From Octopus vulgaris (taxonomy: Eukaryota): a stretch of 64,000 nt of DNA. Both the position numbers and the translations under genes were made by a program. The notes under the pieces are model-generated. The model saw only the letters and a list, made by a program, of their open reading frames with translations. It searched no databases and had not been told where the DNA came from. Every line of letters starts with the position of its first letter. The stretch's first letter is position 1. The stretch is taken from positions 4,340,001 through 4,404,000 of the forward strand of contig OX597836.1 in assembly GCA_951406725.2 (NCBI GenBank), written 5' to 3'. Shown piece by piece: positions 1 through 13,726 of the stretch.

Positions 1-279
1 GCTGACCACCGTCTCGCCCTACCTCACACGCCTACACACAGACGCACACACTAACACATACATATATTTTTTGTTTTTTTACCTCGCCTCACACACACAC
101 ATACACACACGCACACGCACACACTCACACATACACACACATCTGTTGCGTTACCAACCTTGTCTCCACTCTTTTGCCTTTAAAAACCCACTTTGCTCTT
201 GTTATCGTAAACATCCGCCTTTCACCATGTGCTACTCCTAACACCAGCCGTTTTTTTCTCTATCTCCGTTGCCCGCTCC

Positions 280-433
280 GGGATCTTTCTTTCCTCTCTC
301 TTCCTTCTTTATGTTTCCGACGAAGAGCTCCGCTCGAAACGTCATACCTCCCTGCTTCCATTTCCTGAGCGCCTATTAATAATAATACTGTAATTGTTCC
401 CTTGTTGTTGTTTTTTTGTTTCCCGTTTGGATT

Positions 434-436
<3 letters not shown>
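280..436 (+). mobile_element. Penelope-like terminal (pLTR) fragment with degenerate minimal hammerhead at 313-347
   Basis: gttt-CCGACGA-a-gagc(tcc)gctc-GAAAC-GTC-atac follows type I hammerhead topology with a variant core. The downstream 'ttcctgagcg...taatac' block is shared with copies at 795-1000, 48140-48330 and 51525-51700. It ends in (TA)n. Confidence 0.55.

Positions 437-509
<73 letters not shown>
437..509. repeat. (TA)n microsatellite
   Basis: Pure TA run. Confidence 0.98.
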
Positions 510-521
<12 letters not shown>

Positions 522-525
522 AAAA

Positions 526-752
526 GGCGGCAAGCTGGCAGAAACGTTAACACGCCGGGCGAATTGCGTAGCCGTATTTCGTCTGTTGTTACGTTCCGAG
601 TTCAAATTCCATCGAGGTCAACTTTGCCTTTCATCCTTTCGGGGTCGATAAATTAAGTACCAGTTACGCACTGGGGTCGATGTAATCGATTTAATACCTT
701 TGTCTGTCCTTGTTTGTCCCCTCTGTGTTTAGCCCCTTGTGGATAGTAAAGA
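526..752 (+). mobile_element. tRNA-derived SINE, family A (core gcctttcatcctttcggggtcgataaa..agtaccag), long-tail type
   Basis: Head ggcggcaagctggcagaaacgtt, B-box-like gagttcaaattcc, a conserved core recurring more than 12 times in the window, and tail ccccttgtggatagtaaaga. Confidence 0.9.
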
Positions 753-794
753 TGTATGTATGTATGTATGTATGTATGTATGTATGTATGTATA

Positions 795-1000
795 ACGGGC
801 AGGTTTACTAAAATAAACAAAAGACGAAGTCAGGTGGAGTACGATCAAACAATTGTATTAGTATGGCGCTCAGGAATAGAAATAAAACAAGTCTTTTACG
901 TTTCGAGCCTATGCTCTTCAACAGAAAGATACACAGAAAAGAAACTCAGAGAGAAACAAGGAGAGAAAAAATTGCGTGCAGGAGCTAACGATTCAACATG
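795..1000 (-). mobile_element. Penelope-like fragment with minimal hammerhead motif (892-929)
   Basis: Minus strand reads tcttt-CTGTTGA-a-gagc(atag)gctc-GAAAC-GTA-aaaga. Closely similar to 51525-51700. Confidence 0.65.
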
Positions 1001-1264
1001 GCGGTATTGGTTTTAAATTTTGGCACGATGCCAACAGGTTGGGGGCACGCGCTGGGAAGACGATTACATAGATCCTAGAATTTAACTGTTATCTCTTTTG
1101 TTGACTCCGAAAGGATGTAAGATTAAGACCATCCCTATTGACTTTTACTTCTCTTGTTGATGTTGTTGTTTACCCCCCTTGATCGTTTTGTTTAGTCCTC
1201 AGTCGTGTAGAAGTATAGTTTAAAACATTCAATTCGTAGACATCTAATACCTTATTCAGACTAG

Positions 1265-1585
1265 TGGAGGCGCAATGGCCCAGTGGTTAGGGCAGCGGAC
1301 TCGCGGTCATAGGATCGCGGTTTCGATTCCCAGACCGGGCGTTGTGAGTGTTTATTGAGCGAAAACACCTAAAGCTCCACGAGGCTCCGACAGGGGATGG
1401 TGGTGATCCCTGCTGTACTCTTTCACCACAACTTTCTCTCACTCTTACTTCCTGTTTGTAACTCTCTGACGGCCTTGTCACTCTCTGTGTCACGCTGAAT
1501 ATCTCCGAGAACTACGTTAAAGGTACACGTGTCTGTGGAGTGCTCAGCCACTTACACGTTAATTTCACGAGCAGGCTGTTCCATT
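1265..1585 (+). mobile_element. tRNA-derived SINE, family C
   Basis: A box tggcccagtgg and B box ggtttcgattcc. Body nearly identical to 57666-57800; tail shared with 55260-55565. Confidence 0.88.
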
Positions 1586-1927
1586 ATTCAGACTAACTAT
1601 ATTCATTGCCGCGTAGTTCAATACCTTTCTTTATTTTAAAAATAGCTCTTTGTCATATGACAGATATTTAATACGTATTTCTTGAAGACCAGGTGTCATC
1701 GTGGACCTTCTCGAGACCGCTTCAACATCTTTTAATTAATCATATCTATTCTATTTGTTCCTTTTTCACACACTTTATGAAATATATCGGTTTAATTCTC
1801 CCCTATTAAATACACAACTTCAGATATTGCCCCTGAGCTCACGATTTTTCTCTGAGGATCTTAAACACCCTGTGTTCAATTTGAACCAGACTGGGTTTTT
1901 TTCTAATAGAAATAATTATTATTATTG

Positions 1928-2122
1928 AGGTGGCAGAATCGTTAGCATGCTGAGCGACATTTCGTCCGTTTTCACGTCCTGAGTTCAAATTCCGACGTTT
2001 TCGACTTTAACTTTTATCCTTTCGGGGTCGATAAAAGAGTTACCAGTTGAACACTGGTATCAATTCAATCGACGCGTCCCCTCCCCCAAAATTACTACCT
2101 TTGTGGCTAAATTTGAAACCAT
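1928..2122 (+). mobile_element. SINE family A, older short-tail type
   Basis: ggcagaatcgttagc...gagttcaaattcc...tcctttcggggtcgataaaa, tail aaatttgaaacc. Confidence 0.85.
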
Positions 2123-2137
2123 GTATTATACGTAAGA

Positions 2138-2330
2138 CGGCGTGGAGCTGGTAGAACCGTTATCAGACCGGACAAAATGCTTAGCTTCATCTCGACCGTC
2201 TTTACGTTCTCGATTCAAATTCCGCCGAGGTCGATTTTGCTTCTTATCAGTTCAGGGTCGATAAAATAAGGATCAGGGTCGATACAATCGCCTTACACCC
2301 TACCCTGGCCTTATCTCAACATTTTAAACT
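2138..2330 (+). mobile_element. SINE family A, older copy
   Basis: gagctggtagaaccgtta...ttcaaattccgccgaggtcga...gggtcgataaaataag. Confidence 0.82.
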
Positions 2331-2331
2331 A

Positions 2332-2372
2332 TATTATTATTATTATTATTATTATTATCATCATCATCATCA

Positions 2373-2452
<80 letters not shown>
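2332..2452. repeat. (ATT)n microsatellite, the (TAA)n tail/target of the adjacent LINE
   Basis: Direct reading. Confidence 0.95.
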
Positions 2453-2455
<3 letters not shown>

Positions 2456-2568
2456 TAGTTTTATTTTTATAGCGTGCTTTCACTTCACTACCGAGCGCAG
2501 CTCTGTGTGCCTTGGGTATGTGCTGTGATTTGTTGTGATGCTCTGATGGTTATTGTATGGAAAGTGTT
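2453..2568 (-). mobile_element. 3' end of an R4/Dong-like non-LTR retrotransposon
   Basis: Minus strand ends an ORF as ...TLSIQ*, followed by a 3'UTR and (TAA)n. The same 3'UTR occurs at 47865-48010, attached to RLE-domain sequence. Confidence 0.75.
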
Positions 2569-2643
2569 CTTCTTCTTCTTCTTCTTCTTCTTCTTCTTCT
2601 TCTTCTTCTTCTTCTTCTTCTTCTTCTTCTTCTTCTTCTTCTT

Positions 2644-2717
<74 letters not shown>

Positions 2718-2746
2718 CATTATTATTATTATTATTATTATTATCG

Positions 2747-2795
<49 letters not shown>

Positions 2796-2816
2796 CATCA
2801 TTATTATTATTATTAT
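2568..2816. repeat. (TTC)n plus (ATT)n compound microsatellite
   Basis: Direct reading. Confidence 0.97.
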
Positions 2817-3091
2817 ATGTTTGACTTTTGCTTTACATTTGTATAAGTTGGCTCCAAGTCTCACCCAGAGACCTCAAGAGACAACAAGTTGGAAGTTCAT
2901 GTTGGTGTTATGGCTAGGGTGTCATATATTTGGTTTTATACTTAGTGTTATTCTAGAGAATGTTTAAGAAACCATAAGAAAATTATGTTTGTTTTAAAAC
3001 TTGAGATTACATAGAAAGTATTTTGCGTAGGATATAAGTAGTTCCCATGAGTATTATCTTTTGAATTTCTGCCATTTCCTGGTATCTGAGC

Positions 3092-3092
<1 letters not shown>
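2817..3092 (-). mobile_element. 3' end of a second R4/Dong-like LINE subfamily
   Basis: Minus strand gives AQIPGN / MAEIQKIILMGTTYILRKILSM*, resembling the R4-clade C-terminus, then a 3'UTR ending in (TAA)n. Confidence 0.75.
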
Positions 3093-3172
<80 letters not shown>

Positions 3173-3248
3173 CATTATTATTATTATTTTTGTGATACGT
3201 AATAAAACATTACACCGGCATTATTCTACTTTCTTTTTTTTTTTTCTT

Positions 3249-3603
3249 TTACTTGTTTCAGTCATTTGACTGCGGCCATGCTGGAGCACCGCCTTTAGTC
3301 GAGCAAATCGACCCCGGGACTTATTCTTTGTAAGCCCGGTACTTATTCTATCGGTCTCTTTTTGCCGAACCGCTAAGTGACGGGGATGTAAACACACCAG
3401 CACACAAGCACACACACACATATATATATATACATATATACGACAGGCTTCTTTCAGTTTCCGTCTACCAAATCCACTCACAAGGCATTGGTCGGCCCGG
3501 GGCTATAGCAGAAGACACTTGCCCAAGATGCCACGCAGTGGGACTGAACCCGGAACCATGTGGTTGGTTAGCAAGCTACTTACCACACAGCCACTCCTGC
3601 GCC
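3249..3603 (-). mobile_element. tRNA-derived CORE-type SINE, family B
   Basis: Reverse complement of 28104-28510: ggcgcaggagtggctgtgtggtaag head, gggttcagtccc B box, cttgggcaagtgtctt CORE-like motif, tail ...gactgaaacaagtaaaag. Confidence 0.92.
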
Positions 3604-3875
3604 TATATAACAAAATTCAAAAACTTTACACATAAAGCTGATGGGTCGATATTTTTGGCGATAGTAGTTTTATAATACCGAGGAAATGTTAGACGTGCAA
3701 TAAAATATTTATATGGCAATACTCTTCTGAAAAAAACATCGCGGGAACAATAGTAAAAGTATGTTATGAAACGAATTGCTCACTGCCTTCCACCTGTTAA
3801 TACACACACACACAGACACACACATCCATTACGTGCTATAAATATATGTATATATACATCTATTGCATAATATAA

Positions 3876-3920
<45 letters not shown>

Positions 3921-4409
3921 AATATATATATATGTATATATGTATATATATATATATGCGTTTGTATGTGTGTATATACGTATATATATATCACAGGAAA
4001 AGGATACCCCAAACCAAAGCGCGTGCGTACGTATTTACAGGTGAAACGTATCGATCACATCGTTGCAGCAGTCATGACGTTTTGGCTTATATTCTGTGAG
4101 CTATTGATTCTATCTATTTCGGATACCCGTGCATGTTTAAATACCGTATGTAAGTATAGCCTTACTGGCAAACTCAATTCAAGATATTAGTTTTCAGTCT
4201 CGTTCTTTCATTTTATTAAAGACAGCTGAAAGGGATTCGTTTTCATATCGACACTTAGAAACAAGTTCGGATTTCTTGTCGAGTAAAATGCTTAGCGGCG
4301 AGCGTGTGTTTACACGTGGTCAAGTGTAAGGATGCACATACTTCTGTACTTGACATTTTGTGTGATACTATATAAGGCGCATGCGCAGGATATTACCAAC
4401 ACACTGTCT

Positions 4410-4745
4410 TAAAGTTCTGAGTTCAATTCCTTTCAAAGAATAGTTTGCTTTTCATCATTCGGTGGTCGATAAAATAAGTACCAGCTGATATATTCAACTA
4501 CCTCTTCCACAAAATCACCGACCCTGTGTCAACAGTTTGCAGTCACCATATCATATCATAAAAGATGCCGAAATGGTAGAAGCTTTAGCACGTTTTGCGG
4601 CATTTCGTTCAAATTCTCCTGGAGTGGACTTTGCTGTTCATCATTTCGGGAGCGATGAAATACATGCCAGCGGAATAATGAGGTCGAAGAAATTGATCTG
4701 CAACTTCCTCATAATTGCTGGCCTTGTGCAGAAATTTGAAAACAC
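4410..4745 (+). mobile_element. Two decayed family A SINE fragments
   Basis: gagttcaattcc...ggtcgataaaataagtaccag at 4420-4483, and ttcaaattctcc...ctggccttgtgcagaaatttgaaa at 4608-4742. Confidence 0.7.
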
Positions 4746-5220
4746 AATGTATTTTGAGTTCTAGGGACTGGCTATTAATATCGCTCACCTATATCATTGT
4801 GTATGTGTGTGTAGGGCGCGGTGCGTGTGTTCATACATGGAGAAATGTAATGATGTGCATGCGTCTGTACATGACATCTTGTGTGACAACATATAAATGC
4901 GCATGCTCGGGATATTGACAACACATAGTCATAATTGCATAACTGTAAAGCAAAAGCTCAGAAGTGAGAGAAAAAACAAAAACAAAAAAACAGTCTTCAG
5001 TGAAATCCCAAATCTCGTGAGAACGCTCCATTGAACATCAAATTTAAACGAATGCAAAATTCTCATGTTTATCTATTGTAATATGTACAAAAGTCACCTA
5101 AAGCCTTGTTTTGGCGAAATTTATTTTACATTATGCAGCAGATAAGAATTTACAATCTGCATTTATACACACACATAAACATAGATATACAAATGTGTAT
5201 ATTATATATACATACATAGA

Positions 5221-5312
<92 letters not shown>

Positions 5313-5341
5313 ACATATATATATATATATACATATATATG

Positions 5342-5387
<46 letters not shown>

Positions 5388-5809
5388 TATATGTATATAC
5401 ACATATATATATATATATATATAAATATATATATATATAAAAGTAGATAAATGGTACAATAAGGCACCAATGATATTCATGATGATGATGATGTTTTATA
5501 TATATATATATATATATATACCCAGTGGTGCATACGCGTGGGGAAAACTGCTTTGAATGTATAAACTAGAGGAAATGCTTTACATACGCGAAATAAATCC
5601 AGGTGGGTTTTTTTTCATTTCGTTTGGAAGCTCTTATGTTTACAAACGTCAACTCGTGTCACACGTGTTAAAAGCAAAGTGAATTATTCTCTTCATGAAG
5701 ATACATACACACGCGTATACACGTGCATAAAATGCATACAGATACCCATACATACATGCGTACATACTTATACATATGTACATATATATGTAAACACACG
5801 TACACACAG

Positions 5810-5854
<45 letters not shown>

Positions 5855-5915
5855 AGTATATACATATATATATATATACATACATGTATATACATATCTA
5901 CGCACACACACACAC

Positions 5916-5992
<77 letters not shown>

Positions 5993-6639
5993 AATGGATA
6001 GATAGATATAATATATATACATTATTTGCATATTATATATATATATATTATTTATATATATGACTGTATATACATAAAGACATATACACACAAACATGAG
6101 CTCATATACAAACACACTGAGATATATGTACATGCATACATATAAAGAAATGCCCATATAAGTGTACATAACAGAACATGTATATGTGTGTGTGCGTATG
6201 TGTGTGTGTGTATCTCTTCACTCACACAGACAAATATATATCTACGTGTATGTGAATTATGCGTACGTGTCCACTGTTATATAACTGTGTTTTACCATAT
6301 CGCTGTATTTGCGTTAATACGTATGAGTGGAAATAATTAAAAATAATTGGAAACCATCAAACATCTTAACATGAAAGCATCACACCTAGAAAATCCTTCC
6401 GACCGCTTTCCTCAGTTTTAACAATCTTCTATCAAATTTATAATTATTTTGTTGTTGCTTTTTTTTTTTGTTTTTGGTACCGATCCTTCTTTGTTTATTT
6501 TTAATTATTTAATTTTTTTTTTCTTTCTTTCACTTATAAAATTGTTCCAATAAAATATTGGCAATAACAGCGATGAGATAGAAGGATGAAGGAATGAAGA
6601 AAGGAAAATGGAAATAAAATAAATATGAGATGAAAAGGA

Positions 6640-7540
6640 AAGCGGGAGGAGGGGGGAATGGGAAACGAAATTAAATGAGGAAAAAAGAGAGAAAAATATA
6701 AAGATTGTATTGAATAATGAAATTTGGTTTTAGAAATGGGGAAAGAGAGAGAGATGGTGGCAGAGGGAGAGAAAGAGGGGCATATGGAAGGAGAGAGGGA
6801 GAGAGGGAGAGAGAGGGGAAGAGAGAGAGAGGGGAAGAGGGAGAGAGAAGGGCAGAGGGAATGAAGGGGATGAGGGAGAGAGAGGGGCTGAGGGTGAGTA
6901 GAGTAAAGAGAGAGAGAGAGGGACTGAGGGAGTGAGAGGGGATGAGGGAGAGAGAGGCAGAGGGAGAGAAAGAGGGGCAGAGGGAGAGAAAGAAGGGCAG
7001 AGGGAGAGAGACAAGGGCTGAATGGGAGAGAGAGAGGATGAGGGAATGAGAGACGGGCTGAGGGTGAGTGGAGCAAAGGGGGAGAGAGGGGCTGTGGGAG
7101 TGAGAGAGGGGATAAGGGAGAGAAGGGGCAGAGAGAGAGAGCGGTAGAGGGATAGAGAGAGGGGGGCAGAGGGAGAGAGAAATATAGAGTAATTCAATGG
7201 TGATGTGAGAATGAAGGGGGTATCTATGTATGTGCACATGCATGCGCAAACAGAAGATGTGGGGGGTGAGAGAGAAATTTAGAGAGGGGGAAAGAAATAG
7301 GGAAGAGCGATAAATAGTAAGAAAAAAAAAAAAAAAAAATATATATATAGAGAGAGAGAGAGAGTGGGGGGAGAAGAGAGACATAGAGAACGAAAGAGAG
7401 ATGATGATGGTTAGTGAAAGATGGAGAGAGGAGAGAGAAGCAGGGCATAGTTATAGGAGAGAGTGTGTATGTGTGTGAGAGAGTGAGAGAGAGAGAGTGA
7501 GAGAAAGAGAGTGAGAGAGAAACCGTGAAAGGGAGAGAAA
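6640..7540. repeat. Polypurine (GA/GGA)-rich low-complexity tract
   Basis: Nearly all A/G on the + strand, with recurring agggagagaaagaggggcag-like units. Confidence 0.9.
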
Positions 7541-7580
7541 GAAAACTTTACAATTGGACATGAGAAGCGAAGTTTTATAA

Positions 7581-7983
7581 ATGATGACTGATGCTGGTGA
7601 TGATGATGATAATGATGATGATGATGATGATGATGATGACGACGATGCTGCTGCTGCTGCTGCTGATGATGATGACGATGATGATGATGATGATATTCAT
7701 GATGAAGTTGATGATGATGGCAACGATAATGAAGATCATGGCGACGATGATAATGATGATGATGATGATGATGATGATGACGATGATGATGATGATATTC
7801 ATGATGATGTTGATGATGATGGCAACGATAATGAAGATCATGGCGACGATGATAATGATGATGATGATGATGATGATGATGACGATGATGAAGATGATGA
7901 TATTCATGATGATGTTGATGATGATGGCAACGATAATGAAGATCATGGCGACGATGATAATGATGATGATGATGATGATGACG
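7581..7983. repeat. (GAT)n microsatellite containing three ~102-105 bp higher-order units
   Basis: The block gatattcatgatga..gttgatgatgatggcaacgataatgaagatcatggcgacgatgataat recurs near 7692, 7794 and 7899. Confidence 0.92.
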
Positions 7984-8046
7984 GTGCTGTTGTTTATCTA
8001 AGAGCAAGCAAAATAACGATCAAAAGCGTTCCTGCTGTGACCTTCC

Positions 8047-8257
<211 letters not shown>

Positions 8258-8606
8258 TTTTTTTTTTGGAATAAAGTGTGTACACAGGATTACATTAACT
8301 AACAAGTGATTATTCATAAAGCTTCAAGTGAGAGAGATTTAGCTGCTATTCCTAGCCCCCATATGGTATCTCTTTTGCGTCTTCATAACAAATGCATAAG
8401 TCATGTTAGCGATGTCAATAATGAAGACAATTTTTAATGATGATTATTAAAACGAAAAAAAATATTATAAAAAAATTATGTTAAAAATTATAATGAGGCT
8501 GTGATGAACAGTAGCATGCCTTTGCAGAAAACACTTTTGATGCTACTGCTAGTGCTACTAATAATGTATTATAGGCCGAGGCCCTAGAATTTTAGCTGAG
8601 GAACCT

Positions 8607-8791
8607 TACAGTTCTATGTTTAAGAGATGAGGAATTATAAGCATTATTCACATTATTTACGTTTGAAGGATATTTGTCCTCATGTCGTTTGTTGTTAACA
8701 CAACGTTTCAGCTGATTATACCCTCCAGCCTTCGTCATGTGTCTTAGGGAAATTTCGAACCTGGGTGACCTGAATAATAATAATAATGATG

Positions 8792-8836
<45 letters not shown>

Positions 8837-8854
8837 TTAATAATAATAATAATG

Positions 8855-8946
<92 letters not shown>

Positions 8947-9066
8947 TATTATTATTATTATTATAACATCGAAAAAGCAATACCTTAGTAATGAGAACCC
9001 GGATTCGAAATTTCCCCCAAGACACCTGATGAAGGCTGGAGGATATATCAGCTGAAACGCTGTGTT
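8607..9066. mobile_element. Rearranged (inverted) copy of the hammerhead-bearing element of 23611-23906
   Basis: 8607-8765 is the element's 3' part on the minus strand. 8765-9066 is gtgacctg-(AAT)n-body-hammerhead on the plus strand. Confidence 0.85.
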
Positions 9067-9369
9067 TTGAGGCAGCCACCTCACTGCCTTAAAACGTTAA
9101 TAGCAACAACAACAATAAAAATAATCCTTTCTACCGTATATCTTTCTCTTCTACCTGTTTCAATTCTTGATCGTACTCACTGTCTCTCACTCTCACTCTC
9201 TCTCTCCCTCGCTCACTTTATCTCACTCTTTAGTCTTTCTCCCTCCCTGCATCTCTGTCTCTGACTCCCGCTTTCTCTCCCCACCCCCTCTTTCACGTAC
9301 TGCGTCCGTCTTCGCAAAATCTCCCTGCCTTACATATTTCTTTCTATTCTTGTTTTAGTTCTCACTACA

Positions 9370-9505
9370 AATATCTGGGGAAAGGGATCAAGTCGAGTAG
9401 ATCGACCCAGTGCGCAACTGGTGCTTCTTTCATCTTTCCCGAAAGGATGAAAGGCAAAGTCGAACTCAGAACACAAAGACAGGTGAACTACCGGTAAGCA
9501 TTTCA
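9370..9505 (-). mobile_element. Decayed SINE family A
   Basis: atcgacccagtgcgcaactggt...cccgaaaggatgaaaggcaaagtcga. Confidence 0.75.
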
Positions 9506-9514
9506 TTCAGCGTC

Positions 9515-9642
9515 GTAGTAGTAGTAGTAGTCGTAGTAGTAGTAGTAGTAGTAGTAGTACAGTAGTAGTAGTAGTAGTAGTAATACTAATAATAGTAATA
9601 ATAATGACGATGATGATAATAATAGTATTAATAATAATAATG

Positions 9643-9719
<77 letters not shown>

Positions 9720-9732
9720 TAATAATAATAAT

Positions 9733-9819
<87 letters not shown>

Positions 9820-9850
9820 AATAATAATCATTACCAATAAGAATAATAAC
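9515..9850. repeat. (TAG)n/(AAT)n compound microsatellite
   Basis: Direct reading. Confidence 0.95.
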
Positions 9851-11039
9851 AACAGCAACCACAATTGTTGCTCGAATGAGAAGAAAGAGCATGAAGCGAG
9901 AGAACAATTTCGATGAGACATTAAAAGATATTTTTAATATTTCTTAGATCGATACCAAATCAAAAACAAAACGAAAAAATTTCTTTCGGGGTGTTTGAGG
10001 AGTAAGCGGGTGTTGGAGAAGTTCTGGGTAGATCTGAGGAATTGTTTGGGAGGATTTTTTGGTTTTATGGTTTTTTTTTCTTCTTCTTCTTCTTCATTTC
10101 GGTTATATTAAAAGGGAAACACGAGTTGATATCTTGATTTCGTTTTAATTATTCAACATCAAACATCATTTTAATATTTTTTTTCGATTTATTGGCTTTT
10201 TAAAATTGTTTTGTTGTTGTGGCTATAGTTGATGAAGATGATGATGATGACGATGATGATGATAATGATGATGATGATGATGATTTAAATATCATTGTTA
10301 AATTTTTCATTGTTGAAATAATTATATATATTTTTTTCAGTCTGGCCCGGTCTTTCTTCCTTTCGCTCTCCATGTCTCACGCTCTCTCCTCATCTTTCCC
10401 ACCTCCTCGATCCCCCCTGTCTATTATTTTATCTTTCGTTTACTCTCTCTCTCTCTTATCTCACTATATATATATATATGTGTGTGTGTGTGTTTGTGTA
10501 TATGTATATGTATATACATGTGTGTCAAAACACCTGCGTATGTATGTGCATGTATGTAATTATGTAAGTATATATATATATGTGTGTGTGTATGTTTATG
10601 TATATATGTATGTATGTTTATATGTACCTACTAATGCTTGTTGTCTCTCGTAGATCTAGAGAGACTGTTCTACAATTTCCGGCCAAACAAACTGCATAAA
10701 AATGATTTGTTTATAATAGTGAGATGCTTGTTTTCTATTTTTTATATTACCTCACTTCGTCTCTCAAATCGGCGTCGTTTGAAATATCGCACCGTGTGCT
10801 ACGTATTTGGTGTCTAATTTGTCGGAAAGCAACGAGAGATAAAGTGATAAAAATCACAACGCACCAAACCGTCCACAAATAGTTAGAAAATCGCAACGAT
10901 CGGAACAGAAATTTATGATACGCTTATAGAACTGGGGAGAGCGTTTCATGAGTTTTTCTCGGTTACATAAGAGTGTTTTGCCATCCAGATATAGGGTTAC
11001 TGGATTATGTATCTTTCACATTTTACATGCTACAATCTC

Positions 11040-11250
11040 TAGATTGCGGTCATGCTGAAGCAATATCTTGAATGATTTTGTTCGAAGGAATCGAAGCCAG
11101 TTCATAGTTTTTAAACCTAGGACTTATTTCACTGTTCTCGTTTACGGGGACGTAAACATACACTAGGTGCTTACATCCGGCGCTAGATCACGGAGACGTT
11201 ATCGAAGGATGGTGGGAGACAGACATAGACACAAAAACACGTACACATAA
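11040..11250 (-). mobile_element. Decayed 3' half of SINE family B
   Basis: tgcggtcatgctgaagca...tacggggacgtaaaca. Confidence 0.6.
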
Positions 11251-11729
11251 ATATATCATACAGACACACATATAAGCAAAGTTTGCTTATTTCAAATATG
11301 TTTGCGAAATATTTCACCTGCAAAAAAGGAAATTCACTGCAATTGGAGTCGAAAATAATTTTCTCTTCTGGTAAAAAGGTGTAAACACATCATATTCGTC
11401 CAGTGTCACTAACAGTCAGGATTCCTCGGCATGACTTTCTAGCTACTTAGCTGTTATCAATGGGACATGCTTTAGACAGGAAACTCTGAACAGGCCTTTG
11501 AAAGATACAGCTTCACATGAAATACATTCAATAAGATTGACTCATTTGTGCTGCAGAACACCAACTTGTGCAAATTATCGAAATTTTAACGCCAAGTTGT
11601 GTATAGGTATAAGCAAAGTTTGAATTACCTGAAGTACGTTTGGGACACATTTCAAGTACTAAAAGGCAAATTCACTGGCGATAACGTAGAGAAAGTTTTC
11701 TCTTTCCATGTATTGTGTCATTACGGGTG

Positions 11730-12080
<351 letters not shown>

Positions 12081-12508
12081 TGTAAGTTAAAACACATATC
12101 ATTATTAGCTTTTGTCATTTCGACAATTTTCTCCCCGTTTCCTTCTGCTACAGTTACCTCCCTTTTCGCCCTCCTCTCCTGTTTCTAAGTCTGCTCTTTT
12201 CGGTCGCCCTTTTATCTTTTACGACTTTCATTCATTCAAATGTTTCTTTTACAAAATATTTTTTTTTATTATATTCAATGTTACCTCATTATATTTGTCT
12301 TTTGTGTGTTTTATGTCGAATTTTGCTTATATATTCGTTTTCTTTGTGTGTGTGTAAAAAGAACTGATATTCTTTATGTCTTAGATTTCTTTACAACAAA
12401 ACGGTTTTTGTGTGTTTGATGATCAACCCTTATTATGTATACATAAACATATGCGCACGCGTGCACATATCAACCCACCCACACACACATCGACATATAG
12501 ACATATAC

Positions 12509-12543
<35 letters not shown>

Positions 12544-12629
12544 ACATCTATGTTTGTATATATACATAGATGTATGTAAATGTATGTGCATACATATATA
12601 AACACGTATATCAGGATAGATGTATATAT

Positions 12630-12663
<34 letters not shown>

Positions 12664-12992
12664 ATATATACATGTATACCTTCGTATATATGTATAACAA
12701 TGTAAGTATCAATGTTTATACATATCCCTTTACTAGTATACGCTAAAATATTTTCTCATACATACATACATACACACATACATATATATGCACAAATATA
12801 AGTATGCATATGTATATACATATATATACATGAATAAAACAAATATTAGGTATATATATATATTTACTTATATAAATTTATAAATATGTATGTATATACA
12901 TATATATATATATTTATACATGCGTGTGTTTGTGCCTATTTGTGTGTGGATGTGTGAGCATGTATATATACATATATATATATTTATATATG

Positions 12993-13049
<57 letters not shown>

Positions 13050-13308
13050 TGTGTATTTCTACAAGCGCATATTATATATTTCATTGAACGTTAAGCTTTT
13101 TTCATCGATTTAAATTCTATATGGTTCATTGCATTATCTCCCTTTGTGCATTGAAATTCGAGTAAAACTGTCTGATTGTATTTCACGCTTGCATTTTTTC
13201 TCATTTTCATTTAAAAGTTTCTTAAAAAAAAATTTTTTTTAATGATTCTTCTTCAGAATTGTATTTTTTCAGCTTAGTAATTTTGCGCATTTTTACCTGA
13301 GTGTATGA

Positions 13309-13365
<57 letters not shown>

Positions 13366-13468
13366 TATGCGTGTGCATGTTTTCGTTTTTGTCCATGGTG
13401 GGCAATGACTGCATGTATGTATATATCCATTTATATGTATATATATATATATACATATATATGGATGC

Positions 13469-13514
<46 letters not shown>

Positions 13515-13529
13515 GCATATTATATATAT

Positions 13530-13588
<59 letters not shown>

Positions 13589-13726
13589 TATATATATATA
13601 TGTATGGAAGTGGTTTGGCATATGTTTTCGCTCGTGACTGCGATTATGTTTGAGTCTCATATAATAATAAATAATTAAAAAAAAAGCAAGAAAATTATGC
13701 GAGAGAAGCCTTATATAACATTGTTT

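Noticed and set aside
1265-1340. Possible tRNA gene (also 23630-23702 and 28104-28175)
   Set aside because: A and B boxes are present, but the acceptor stems are not complete and each continues into a repeated SINE body.
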